A stretch of 64,000 nt of DNA from a virus. Below, piece after piece: positions 1 to 8,189 of the stretch. Within the stretch, counting starts at the first letter, position 1. Every line of letters starts with the position of its first letter. The position numbers and the translations under genes were made by a program. Under the pieces are notes generated by a model that was given only the letters and a program-made list of their open reading frames with translations, made no database searches and was not told the DNA's origin. The stretch is taken from positions 6,406 to 70,405 of IMG/VR virus record IMGVR_UViG_3300032288_004534. One strand, written 5' to 3'.

Positions 1-99
1 ACCCGACCCAGTCTCGCGAGATTGCACAACAGCCTTTCGGTATTCAACCATGGCTGCGTATAAATCTGCATTCTTCACATAGTGTTTTTTGCTTGACAT
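1..99 (-). CDS. 55: Late-transcription sigma factor gp55, N-terminus only (runs off window)
   Basis: Not in ORF track. ATG at 99 with AGGAG upstream gives MSSKKHYVKNADLYAAMVEYRKAV..., matching the HYV-N N-terminus of gp55. uvsW-55 synteny is typical of aquatic T4-like phages. Confidence 0.8.
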   Translation of the reverse strand, partial: MSSKKHYVKNADLYAAMVEYRKAVVQSRETGSG

Positions 100-120
100 T
101 TTATAATCTCCTGGTATAAT
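93..120 (+). promoter_or_regulatory. Consensus sigma70 promoter, antisense to uvsW
   Basis: TTGACA (93-98), 16-bp spacer, TATAAT (115-120) preceded by TGn (extended -10). Confidence 0.6.
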
Positions 121-149
121 AGGCCTTGCCGTTTACAGGGTATACTATA

Positions 150-1595
150 TTACTCTTTAAGTTTTATGGTATGCATCTCATACTTGAATCCTTCTTGATT
201 ATACATCTTGATGCGCTCTATCAAGTGGTTCAGAGTATAGTTTCTGCTAGTCTTTGTTGACATATCATCGGCTACATCAAATAGGGTGCAAGAATCTTTG
301 GTATCGCCTTTGCGAAGGCCACGGCCGATAGATTGCAAAGTACGCACTCGACTCTTAGTTGGGCTAGCAAAGATTACATTGTGTAGATTTCTGATATTGA
401 TACCAGTGCTAAACGTACCATAAGATGCTATGATAATATTGTTATCGCCAGATTCTGCTAGTGTGCGGATACCATCACGATCTTCTGCTTCTGTGCCACC
501 ATAGACAAATGAAACTGTCTTATCTTTTTCTTCTGCTTTAGCAGACATCATTTGATATAATATTTCACCATGCTTTTCAACCAATGCATATAGCACTAAG
601 GTATTACCCTTGAGAGATAATGCTAGATTGCGGATAAATTTATTTCTAGCCTCACTTGAAACTATGCGATCTATCTCATCTTGGTAAGATGCATCTTTAG
701 ATAAAGATGTTGAATGTTTTAATACCAATACCTTGATATCTAAATCTGCAACATGGCCTGCATCCATCAGGTCTTTGGTCTTGACCAATCTTTCAATTTT
801 ACCAAAGAGACCTTCTAGAACAAGTTCATTGACTTCAGAACCATCTAAGGTACCAGTCATACCGAATCTATATTTTGTGGTAGGCATCTTAGTCATTATA
901 GTAATAAGACTTTTAGCCTTGAAAAGATGTGCTTCATCACCGATGATCGTATCAAATTGAGAGAAAAATTCTTCACCCATCTCATATACGGACTGCCAAG
1001 TAGATACGGTAACACCGTCTACAGCTTTCTTTTCTTGACCGCCTCTGATTCCATGTATCTGACCGATATATCCGTAATCTTGAAAATCCTTGACCATCTG
1101 AATAACCAGAGATACTGTAGGCACCACAATTAATGTGCGACCGCCAAACCATTGTGATATAAGATATGCGACCATTGATTTACCGCTGGCCGTAGGTGAT
1201 ATGAATACAGCGCGGCGCATACGAATGGCCAATGCAAGCGCGCGTATCTGATAATCTCTAGGCTCTACTGGTAGCTTTAGGTCGCGAATAAAATCTTGGA
1301 TTTCGACTAATGATGCTTCATCTTCTGAAATAAGATCAACATCAACTGATACATCATAACCAGATTCTTCTAAAAATGATCTAACACTATGCGCTAGTCC
1401 TGCATACATTGTATAATTGCGAGCATTGAATAGACGAACTTTACCGTCCCAGACTTTGCTTCTATAAGATGGCATGAATTTTGCGCCAGGTACTTCGAAG
1501 GTATATTTTTCTGATACCTCTCTTGCAACAGAACCTGAGCATTGAAGGCGCATGGTTGATTCATCGATTTTAATAATATGTACTTGCTCGGTCAT
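150..1595 (-). CDS. uvsW: UvsW SF2 helicase
   Basis: PTASGKS Walker A, DEAH, QSIGRGLR; WDGKVRLF N-terminal motif. Confidence 0.95.
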   Translation of the reverse strand: MTEQVHIIKIDESTMRLQCSGSVAREVSEKYTFEVPGAKFMPSYRSKVWDGKVRLFNARNYTMYAGLAHSVRSFLEESGYDVSVDVDLISEDEASLVEIQDFIRDLKLPVEPRDYQIRALALAIRMRRAVFISPTASGKSMVAYLISQWFGGRTLIVVPTVSLVIQMVKDFQDYGYIGQIHGIRGGQEKKAVDGVTVSTWQSVYEMGEEFFSQFDTIIGDEAHLFKAKSLITIMTKMPTTKYRFGMTGTLDGSEVNELVLEGLFGKIERLVKTKDLMDAGHVADLDIKVLVLKHSTSLSKDASYQDEIDRIVSSEARNKFIRNLALSLKGNTLVLYALVEKHGEILYQMMSAKAEEKDKTVSFVYGGTEAEDRDGIRTLAESGDNNIIIASYGTFSTGINIRNLHNVIFASPTKSRVRTLQSIGRGLRKGDTKDSCTLFDVADDMSTKTSRNYTLNHLIERIKMYNQEGFKYEMHTIKLKE

Positions 1596-2032
1596 TTCAT
1601 ACCTACGGTTAGCTTGCGCCAGTCAATTACATTTTTGATCTGAAAGCCTCGATTGTTTATCGACCTCATAATCTCCTCAAGAACCATCACACATTCTTGA
1701 TGAAGACCCAGTATTGATTCAAGACGTATCATGGCTGCATCATTATTCACTCGCTCATCAATATCACCTCTTATGACGCGCTCCATGAATTGATCACGAC
1801 CTAGCTTTTCAAGCTCATCCTGAGTGGCCTTGCCTGAATAATAAGCAATTAGCAATCGTGTAAGGGTCTTTTTATTAGCTGTTAGTTCACGGACTTTAGC
1901 ACGCTCTTTTGAAAGCAGCGCCAAATATTTTCCGTGAAGCATAGGGACCTTGATGCTCTCAAGGTCCAAGTTTAGGTCATCCAACTTTGTGTCGATAACC
2001 CACATGTCGAGAATGTCTTGTGTTTTCATCAT
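1592..2032 (-). CDS. uvsY: UvsY recombination mediator
   Basis: LHGKYL, YYSGK, INNRGFQIKNVIDW motifs; lies between gp3 and uvsW. Confidence 0.9.
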   Translation of the reverse strand: MMKTQDILDMWVIDTKLDDLNLDLESIKVPMLHGKYLALLSKERAKVRELTANKKTLTRLLIAYYSGKATQDELEKLGRDQFMERVIRGDIDERVNNDAAMIRLESILGLHQECVMVLEEIMRSINNRGFQIKNVIDWRKLTVGMK

Positions 2033-2038
2033 CTAGCC

Positions 2039-2067
2039 ATAATACCAGGTTTCTAGGTAAATGTACA
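2039..2067 (-). promoter_or_regulatory. Sigma70-like promoter of uvsY-uvsW, probably leaderless
   Basis: TGTACA-N17-TATTAT with TGG before the -10; ATG 6 nt after the -10, no SD. Confidence 0.5.
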
Positions 2068-2070
2068 GAA

Positions 2071-2613
2071 CTAAATGCGTTCTAATGTATATTTTCTATA
2101 AGAAAATGTAGCAGTAGCTTCTAGATATTCAACATCATTTGACATTGAGCTAAATTTAAGTGCTGACAAACTAGTAGGAAAGGCATCAGCAAAAAATACA
2201 TTTAACCCAGGATTTTTATGACTTGTCAATACAGTAAGAGTTGCATCTGACATAATTGACATTGCACTACCTATAGTACTTGGTGTTGCAAGAGGCGATG
2301 ATGCAGATAAATCACGAAATTGTTTTAAGCTATTAGGGTGACCAAGACCCTCAAGCCAGTTAACCATTTCAATATAATTTTTCATATCTTCATCAACACG
2401 AAATGTAATCGTAAGAGGATCATATACAAGCTTATCCCCAGGTCTTATTAATGCACTTAGTGGTGTTGGTGTACTGATTGGTGTCATACTAATTGCAGGG
2501 ATATCGACCGACTGACAGAAATAATTGACCATAGGTAGACGCCGAAGAGTAAATTTAAACCCTAACGGTGAAAGATAATTTAGATTTGTAGGCTGGTCGT
2601 TAATAGCGTTCAT
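2071..2613 (-). CDS. 3: Tail completion / tube terminator gp3
   Basis: NYLSPLGFKF...YFCQ...VDEDMKNY...AFPTSLS pattern; synteny after gp23. Confidence 0.85.
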   Translation of the reverse strand: MNAINDQPTNLNYLSPLGFKFTLRRLPMVNYFCQSVDIPAISMTPISTPTPLSALIRPGDKLVYDPLTITFRVDEDMKNYIEMVNWLEGLGHPNSLKQFRDLSASSPLATPSTIGSAMSIMSDATLTVLTSHKNPGLNVFFADAFPTSLSALKFSSMSNDVEYLEATATFSYRKYTLERI

Positions 2614-2642
2614 CGTTGCCCTCCGTGATACTATTTAGGCAC

Positions 2643-2675
2643 AAAAAACCCCGTGAGATTTCTCCCACGGGGCTC
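2643..2675 (-). terminator. Rho-independent terminator after gp23, followed by late promoter-like CTAAATAG (2631-2638)
   Basis: Minus strand GCCCCGTGGGA-GAAA-TCTCACGGGGT then TTTTT. Confidence 0.85.
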
Positions 2676-2699
2676 TTGTTACTAGGCTGTCGCCTGATA

Positions 2700-4088
2700 T
2701 TACATCAGGTTTGTCACGGCCACAAAGCGATAGTAGATATTCGCCTTGCCGTCGCCGAATGAACCAATCGTTCCATCGGCGGCTGTTGTTGCAAACGGAT
2801 TGGCCACAATACCGTAACGAGTCTTGAAGCCAATCTTCGGCTGGAATGTATCCTGACCGATAGCGCGCACCATCTGGAGCGGCACATACGGGCAATAGAA
2901 CAGGCCGGCATCGAAGGCTGAAGAACCCTTGTAGCCAACTGTCAGATACTGCTTGCCAGTTGATGATGAGAAGTACGGGTCGATGTAGACGCGGATGCGG
3001 CCATTCAGCACACCAGCGAATGTGTTGCCTGTGTCATCAACCTGCAGATTCGCTGACAGAGCAGGTGTATAGTCAAGCACACCAGCCATTGACAGAGCTG
3101 AAGCAACGTCTGATGAGCAGATCATCACGTTGCCCTTACCGCGACGAGTAGCCTTCGCGATTTGGTTAGCTTCACGCTCGATCTGGAACAGCAGACCCTT
3201 GAACTTTTCAACCATCCAACGACCGTTTGAGTCAACGTCAAGGTTGAATGTGCCTGTTGAAGTCACATTTTCTTGAGCGCCAGCCGTGGCGGTGTAGTTG
3301 ATTGTGCGAACCACTTCGCGGTTGATTTCCGCAAGGATTTCAGCAGATAGAATGTTCGCAAGTTCTGATTCGGCGTCCAGACCATGGATAGCCTTCAGAT
3401 CTTGCGCCAGTTCCATCGTATATTCAGCCTTCAGAGCGCGTGACACTGCAGTCACGGCGACCTTCTCGACTGAGAATGCCATTTGCTGGAATGCATTGGA
3501 TGAACCGTCACCAAGAGCTTCCGCACGTGATGTTGTCATACCAGTTGACACGGTATAACCTGAAGCACCAGCCTTCACGCGGCCTGTAGGATCTGTACCG
3601 TCCTGAACGCGACCAGATGAAGTATTCGCGACAACAAAGCGAGAAGCTGTGTTACCTGCAGCCGCTGAAGTGAATGTTGTATTCGCTTCATTGAACAGCG
3701 CTTCTGTACCATCCTGAGATGTATAACGTGAGCGCAGAGCGAAGATCAGACCTGTTGGGCCAGTCATTGGCTGCACGCCGCAGATATCATAGGCAATCAG
3801 GTTTGGCATCGAACGACGAACCAGTGAGATAAGCACTGGATCGAAGATATCGATATTACCTGCTGAAGCTACTGAAGAAGAAGCACCCATCGCATTCGCG
3901 GGAGCAGCTTCACCTAGCAGACCAGGCGCGCGATAGCCGCCTGAGCCAATCGCTTGCTGGCGTGAATCAGACTCTTGGTTTTCCAAGAGCTGAGCCAGCA
4001 CGGCACGCTTATGTGAATCCTTAACGGAGGGGAGGTCACCATGGTCGATGACCGCGCCCCACTTCTGGATCAGAGACTCTGTATTCAT
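2700..4088 (-). CDS. 23: Major capsid protein gp23
   Basis: LIAYDICGVQPMTGPTGLIFA, RALKAEYTMELAQDLKAIHGLDAE, FQPKIGFKTRYG. Confidence 0.98.
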   Translation of the reverse strand: MNTESLIQKWGAVIDHGDLPSVKDSHKRAVLAQLLENQESDSRQQAIGSGGYRAPGLLGEAAPANAMGASSSVASAGNIDIFDPVLISLVRRSMPNLIAYDICGVQPMTGPTGLIFALRSRYTSQDGTEALFNEANTTFTSAAAGNTASRFVVANTSSGRVQDGTDPTGRVKAGASGYTVSTGMTTSRAEALGDGSSNAFQQMAFSVEKVAVTAVSRALKAEYTMELAQDLKAIHGLDAESELANILSAEILAEINREVVRTINYTATAGAQENVTSTGTFNLDVDSNGRWMVEKFKGLLFQIEREANQIAKATRRGKGNVMICSSDVASALSMAGVLDYTPALSANLQVDDTGNTFAGVLNGRIRVYIDPYFSSSTGKQYLTVGYKGSSAFDAGLFYCPYVPLQMVRAIGQDTFQPKIGFKTRYGIVANPFATTAADGTIGSFGDGKANIYYRFVAVTNLM

Positions 4089-4110
4089 GGTAGTTCCCTT
4101 TCCTAGGAAT

Positions 4111-4128
4111 ATTGGCTATTTAGCCGAT
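4111..4128 (-). promoter_or_regulatory. Late promoter-like CTAAATAG in a small inverted repeat upstream of gp23
   Basis: ATCGGCTAAATAGCCAAT on minus strand; variant of the T4 TATAAATA. Confidence 0.55.
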
Positions 4129-5183
4129 CAGAACTTTTTAACGGTGCGTGAGATTGCTGAGACATAAGCGGACATCGGCCCTGAAGTCTGCTCATTGATA
4201 TTTTCAATGGGATCAGAATCAAGAGCAGACTCTGTGAGAACTGACTTCAGAGCAGCCTTACGGCCTGACGGGAAGTAGCCTTCACGGAGGTCTTGTAGCT
4301 TAGATGAGAATGACTCAACATCGTTAAATTCAACAGACTCAGCGAGCTTACGCAGCTTTTCGGCCTGAACATCTGTTAAACCTTCTGTCGCTTCCGCGAT
4401 CAGCGCACCACAAACTAGAGCTTCATTTTCTGCACGAAGCTCAACTGACTTTTCAATTTCGCTATTCAGCGCATCCGTCAATTCTTCAACTTGAGCAGCT
4501 AGTTGCTCAACCACATCTTCCTTACCTTCCGGCACGTCGATGTAGTGTTCGCTAAAGAGATTGCGAAGACCTGACATGAATGAATTTACGATTTCAGAAC
4601 GCAGGCCAGTTTCAACGGCCAGCTTATTTTCGTCCATCCACTGCTCAACAACGTGGTCAAGATAAGAGTCAAGCTCTTCCACAACCTGTGTTACGCGGGA
4701 ATCAACAGCTTCTTCGATTTCGGCCTCATGAATAGATGCCATTTCTTCCAGCTTCTCATTGATCTTAGAAACAAGAGCTGTCTGGAAGATATCAGAAACC
4801 TTGTTCTTGAAATCTTCTGAAACTTCAGCGCCTTCAAAGATAGCGCGAACGTCATCAGCGATATCTAGGTCTTCTGATGTTACGCGAGGTGGTTGAGCAA
4901 TCTTTGATGTACCCTGCAAAGGAGCAGAATGTTCACCGTCAGGTAGACCCATCACTTTAGCATATGTTGCCTTAAGGTCACCCTTCTTCATCTTTGTCAC
5001 TGTATTCACGATGGCTGAAACCATCGCTGAACGTGACGCAGGGTCAACAGAAGTTGGTGATGTGCGGATGATACCATGCTCACCACCCTTATCGCCACCG
5101 GGAGGTGTAACTTTGTTACCAACTGCATCGGGAACGTGAGCGCCAGTGGCATCCACCTCGTCGATCTGCTTTCTTTCGTTCAT
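4128..5183 (-). CDS. 22: Prohead core scaffold gp22
   Basis: Acidic coiled coil; LDSYLDHVVEQWMDENKLAVETG, LFSEHYIDVP. Confidence 0.93.
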   Translation of the reverse strand: MNERKQIDEVDATGAHVPDAVGNKVTPPGGDKGGEHGIIRTSPTSVDPASRSAMVSAIVNTVTKMKKGDLKATYAKVMGLPDGEHSAPLQGTSKIAQPPRVTSEDLDIADDVRAIFEGAEVSEDFKNKVSDIFQTALVSKINEKLEEMASIHEAEIEEAVDSRVTQVVEELDSYLDHVVEQWMDENKLAVETGLRSEIVNSFMSGLRNLFSEHYIDVPEGKEDVVEQLAAQVEELTDALNSEIEKSVELRAENEALVCGALIAEATEGLTDVQAEKLRKLAESVEFNDVESFSSKLQDLREGYFPSGRKAALKSVLTESALDSDPIENINEQTSGPMSAYVSAISRTVKKF

Positions 5184-5221
5184 TTCCTGTCTCCCTTGGG
5201 ACTTAGATGATGATCTTGTGA

Positions 5222-5229
5222 TATTTATA
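5222..5229 (-). promoter_or_regulatory. T4-type late promoter TATAAATA (gp22)
   Basis: Exact TATAAATA, intergenic. Confidence 0.8.
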
Positions 5230-5241
5230 AAATGTGGTTAT

Positions 5242-5892
5242 TTAAAGCTTGGTAATAAAATCGCGGAACACGTTTAGCACTTCCGATTCGGTGCGACGTG
5301 AACGAGAAGCTTCGTTTATGCGAGTCTTATAACCAGCAATGTCGACTTCTTTCAAAATTCCATTATCCCAAACCCATTCTTTACCTTCCATAACACCATG
5401 TACAAATGCATCTGGAGCGGAAGGGTCAGCGACAATATCCGCAGCTGTTGCTAGATGAAAGTCATCTTGAACTTCCATGCAACCGTTACGTTCCTTTAAA
5501 GAACCCATACCACGAGTAGATACCCCAAGACGAGCACCTTCATCCATAAGATTCTTGACAATATTACCATATGGTGTATCCATGATCTTGGCACGACCAA
5601 TGTAATTATTTCCATCTTCGCGCAATTCTTTGATCATGTGTGATACACGCTCAAGATTGATGGTTGGTCCTGATGGGTGACCAAGCTCACCATAAGCACG
5701 ATTTTGTTTGATATGTTCATCAACATATCGATTAACTTCGCGCTCCATGATGTGCTTTGGATATGAGCGATTATTACGGTTCTTTTGTTCGGCCTGCATA
5801 AACACGCCTTCAATGAAATAACTGCGTCCACCGCGCTCATTAGCCTCGGTGATGACTTTCAATTCTTCATTGACTTCGCATATGAGTTTCAT
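5242..5892 (-). CDS. 21: Prohead protease gp21
   Basis: GELGHP, LGVSTRGMGS, DIVADPSAPDAFV. Confidence 0.96.
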   Translation of the reverse strand: MKLICEVNEELKVITEANERGGRSYFIEGVFMQAEQKNRNNRSYPKHIMEREVNRYVDEHIKQNRAYGELGHPSGPTINLERVSHMIKELREDGNNYIGRAKIMDTPYGNIVKNLMDEGARLGVSTRGMGSLKERNGCMEVQDDFHLATAADIVADPSAPDAFVHGVMEGKEWVWDNGILKEVDIAGYKTRINEASRSRRTESEVLNVFRDFITKL

Positions 5893-5904
5893 TGAAGTTA
5901 TTCC

Positions 5905-6288
5905 TTAGTAAGATGAACCGCCGGCAATAACCGGCCGTTTGTGTAATTTAATTACCAAGGAAGCAGGACCAGTACCTGCTCTAGTCACTACAACATTTGC
6001 CGAAGCTTCGCCGCCTGTCTCAAGACCAATACCAGCAGCTTGAAAATCCATTGTGCCAGTTAATGCAAGATTTAATACATTGTTGGCACCGCGCTTGATA
6101 TTAAATGTTACACCATTTGCAGCCGACCAAGAGACCACTGAAATTGCCATTTCTTGAACTGTTTCACCTGCTGAGTTAGCAGCTACAACAGCATTGGAAC
6201 TGTTTAGAGCGATATAGCCACCGGCAGAAAAATTACCGGTGACATAACCACCCTTAACTCCTTTATTGACTACGCGATCAATGGCCAT
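5905..6288 (-). CDS. Small beta-rich hypothetical protein, likely virion-associated
   Basis: Start reassigned to MAIDRV (AGGAG upstream, overlaps previous stop); lies in the head cluster. Confidence 0.6.
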   Translation of the reverse strand: MAIDRVVNKGVKGGYVTGNFSAGGYIALNSSNAVVAANSAGETVQEMAISVVSWSAANGVTFNIKRGANNVLNLALTGTMDFQAAGIGLETGGEASANVVVTRAGTGPASLVIKLHKRPVIAGGSSY

Positions 6289-6994
6289 CTTCTGACTCCT
6301 GGGCGTCAATGCTAAATGCAAAATCGATTAGCTCGCGGAGACCTTCTGCGCTAGATGAACCAATCTCAATAAATTTCTTAGCATTTTCATCTTCAAGCAG
6401 CGAATATACTTCAGCTAGCTTTTCAGCAATTGTATCAGCCACATCAACATGACCATCTTCAAAAATTACGCGGCCTCCAATGCGAGATTCTACAATACGA
6501 AGAATCCCAAATTGCATTGATTCGCGGAATTGCTTGATTGATACTCTAGGTGTCTTTTCAGCAAACGGAGCAACCGCTGATGGTGAAGTGCGAACTGGTG
6601 ATGTCTCACCACCGCGCTTATCAGCATAGTTTGTTGGTGTCTGCTTTGTGTAAGAACCTAACTCAGGACCTTTAACAGTAGAGGTGCCCTGAGTTACCTT
6701 TTCACGATCACCAACTTTGGGTTCATCGCCTGCACGATGATTGATGCGTGTCTTAGTATCTGCTTGGTTCTTATTATTATCTTGGTCACCAAAGTCTGTC
6801 GTGGTTGATGTATGCATGGCCTTGAAGGCCTTTTCACCAGCAGCCTTGGGTTCAAGAGAACCAGATTCATCGTCATCTACCGAAGTATCAGAACGATATG
6901 TGCGCTTCTTAGCTTGAACAGTGGCGACATATGCGCCAGCGCCTTCACGTAGGCGAAGCGCCTTTTCTCTAATATCTTTAAGAGTTTTCGCCAT
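6278..6994 (-). CDS. Prohead core protein (gp68 position)
   Basis: Start MAKTLK with GGAGG; C-terminal FEDG...A..L..VY..L..EN..KF pattern; synteny. Confidence 0.6.
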   Translation of the reverse strand: MAKTLKDIREKALRLREGAGAYVATVQAKKRTYRSDTSVDDDESGSLEPKAAGEKAFKAMHTSTTTDFGDQDNNKNQADTKTRINHRAGDEPKVGDREKVTQGTSTVKGPELGSYTKQTPTNYADKRGGETSPVRTSPSAVAPFAEKTPRVSIKQFRESMQFGILRIVESRIGGRVIFEDGHVDVADTIAEKLAEVYSLLEDENAKKFIEIGSSSAEGLRELIDFAFSIDAQESEDGH

Positions 6995-7181
6995 TTGTCG
7001 CCTCCGATGATTGTGCATCAGGAGCAACATCACCGAACATTTGCGAAGCGACGCTAACCTTTTCAACATCCATTCTATTAACCAGTTTATCCATCAAGAT
7101 GCTTTTGATGGTCTGAGAAAATTCTACTGGATTGCCACTACGAAGGCTATCTACTGCGTCACGTATAGAATCAAGAGACAT
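6978..7181 (-). CDS. Small prohead core protein (gp67-like)
   Basis: 67 aa with K..VA..MFG motif; follows a late promoter. Confidence 0.6.
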   Translation of the reverse strand: MSLDSIRDAVDSLRSGNPVEFSQTIKSILMDKLVNRMDVEKVSVASQMFGDVAPDAQSSEATNGENS

Positions 7182-7213
7182 TACAATATGCTCCTATGTT
7201 TAACTTAATGCCA

Positions 7214-7221
7214 TATTTATA
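7214..7221 (-). promoter_or_regulatory. Late promoter TATAAATA
   Basis: Exact match, intergenic. Confidence 0.8.
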
Positions 7222-7228
7222 ATAAAAG

Positions 7229-8176
7229 TCATCGAATAGAAGGCCATCTTCTAATTTCACTATTAATCAATGACTCATGTTCTTGTAAAGAAACATTTAA
7301 TATATCTTGAGGTTCAATACCAAGTGTTTCAAGTTTTTTACGAATCTCAGTTGAATTTATGGATGACATTACAATTCTATTGAGTTCTTCTCGTATAGGT
7401 CTTGGTGTATTTGACTTAACCCAAAAAGCTTGAAATGCATAAAATTCATCATTGACACCCAATTCTTTCCATGTAGGAATGTCTGGAAATGATGATCTGC
7501 GATTACCTGAGCTAATCATTAAAGCTTGACCACCAGCATCGACCAGCTGTCTAGCACTAGGAACCTCAACAGACATTATATCAATTCTACCAGCGGTGAA
7601 ATCTACTATGGCTGGAGCTAAACCTGTATATGGTACGTTAAGCATTCGACCACCAATGCCATCTAGAAATACCAAGACACCCATACCAGCTATGCCGCCG
7701 CCACCTATCGAAACAAATGAAAGAGATTCTGGTGCACCTCTAATTCTATCGATATATTGACGTGCATTAGTTATATTTGATGATCTTGATGCAACTGTGA
7801 CTAATGGTGTTTTAACAACAACACTTGCTATGGTAACTTCTCTCAACAAGTCAAGTGTTAAATCTGGATTGAATCTTCGAACCGCAGTCACACCATTTCC
7901 AGCTAACATCATTGTATGGCCATCTGATGGTTGATTTATCATATACTGCGCGCCTACAGCAACAAATCCACCGGGTCGATTTTCAACAATAACTGATTGC
8001 TTTATCTCAGTAGAAATACCTTCAGCTATAATACGCGCTAATACATCTGCATATCCACCAGCATTAAAGGGCACCACTATTCTTAATGGTCTTTGACCAA
8101 AATGCTGATATTGTGAAGCTTGTGCATTTACAAAACACATTGTAAACATCAAACCCAAAATCAATAATCTAAACAT
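7229..8176 (-). CDS. Tripartite tricarboxylate transporter substrate-binding protein (TctC/Bug family)
   Basis: Start MFRLLILG (GAGG upstream); signal peptide ending AQA; IVVPFNAGGYADVLAR, IVENRPGG, VPYTG, PDIPT..ELG, terminal W. Confidence 0.88.
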   Translation of the reverse strand: MFRLLILGLMFTMCFVNAQASQYQHFGQRPLRIVVPFNAGGYADVLARIIAEGISTEIKQSVIVENRPGGFVAVGAQYMINQPSDGHTMMLAGNGVTAVRRFNPDLTLDLLREVTIASVVVKTPLVTVASRSSNITNARQYIDRIRGAPESLSFVSIGGGGIAGMGVLVFLDGIGGRMLNVPYTGLAPAIVDFTAGRIDIMSVEVPSARQLVDAGGQALMISSGNRRSSFPDIPTWKELGVNDEFYAFQAFWVKSNTPRPIREELNRIVMSSINSTEIRKKLETLGIEPQDILNVSLQEHESLINSEIRRWPSIR

Positions 8177-8189
8177 TTTATACCTCATA

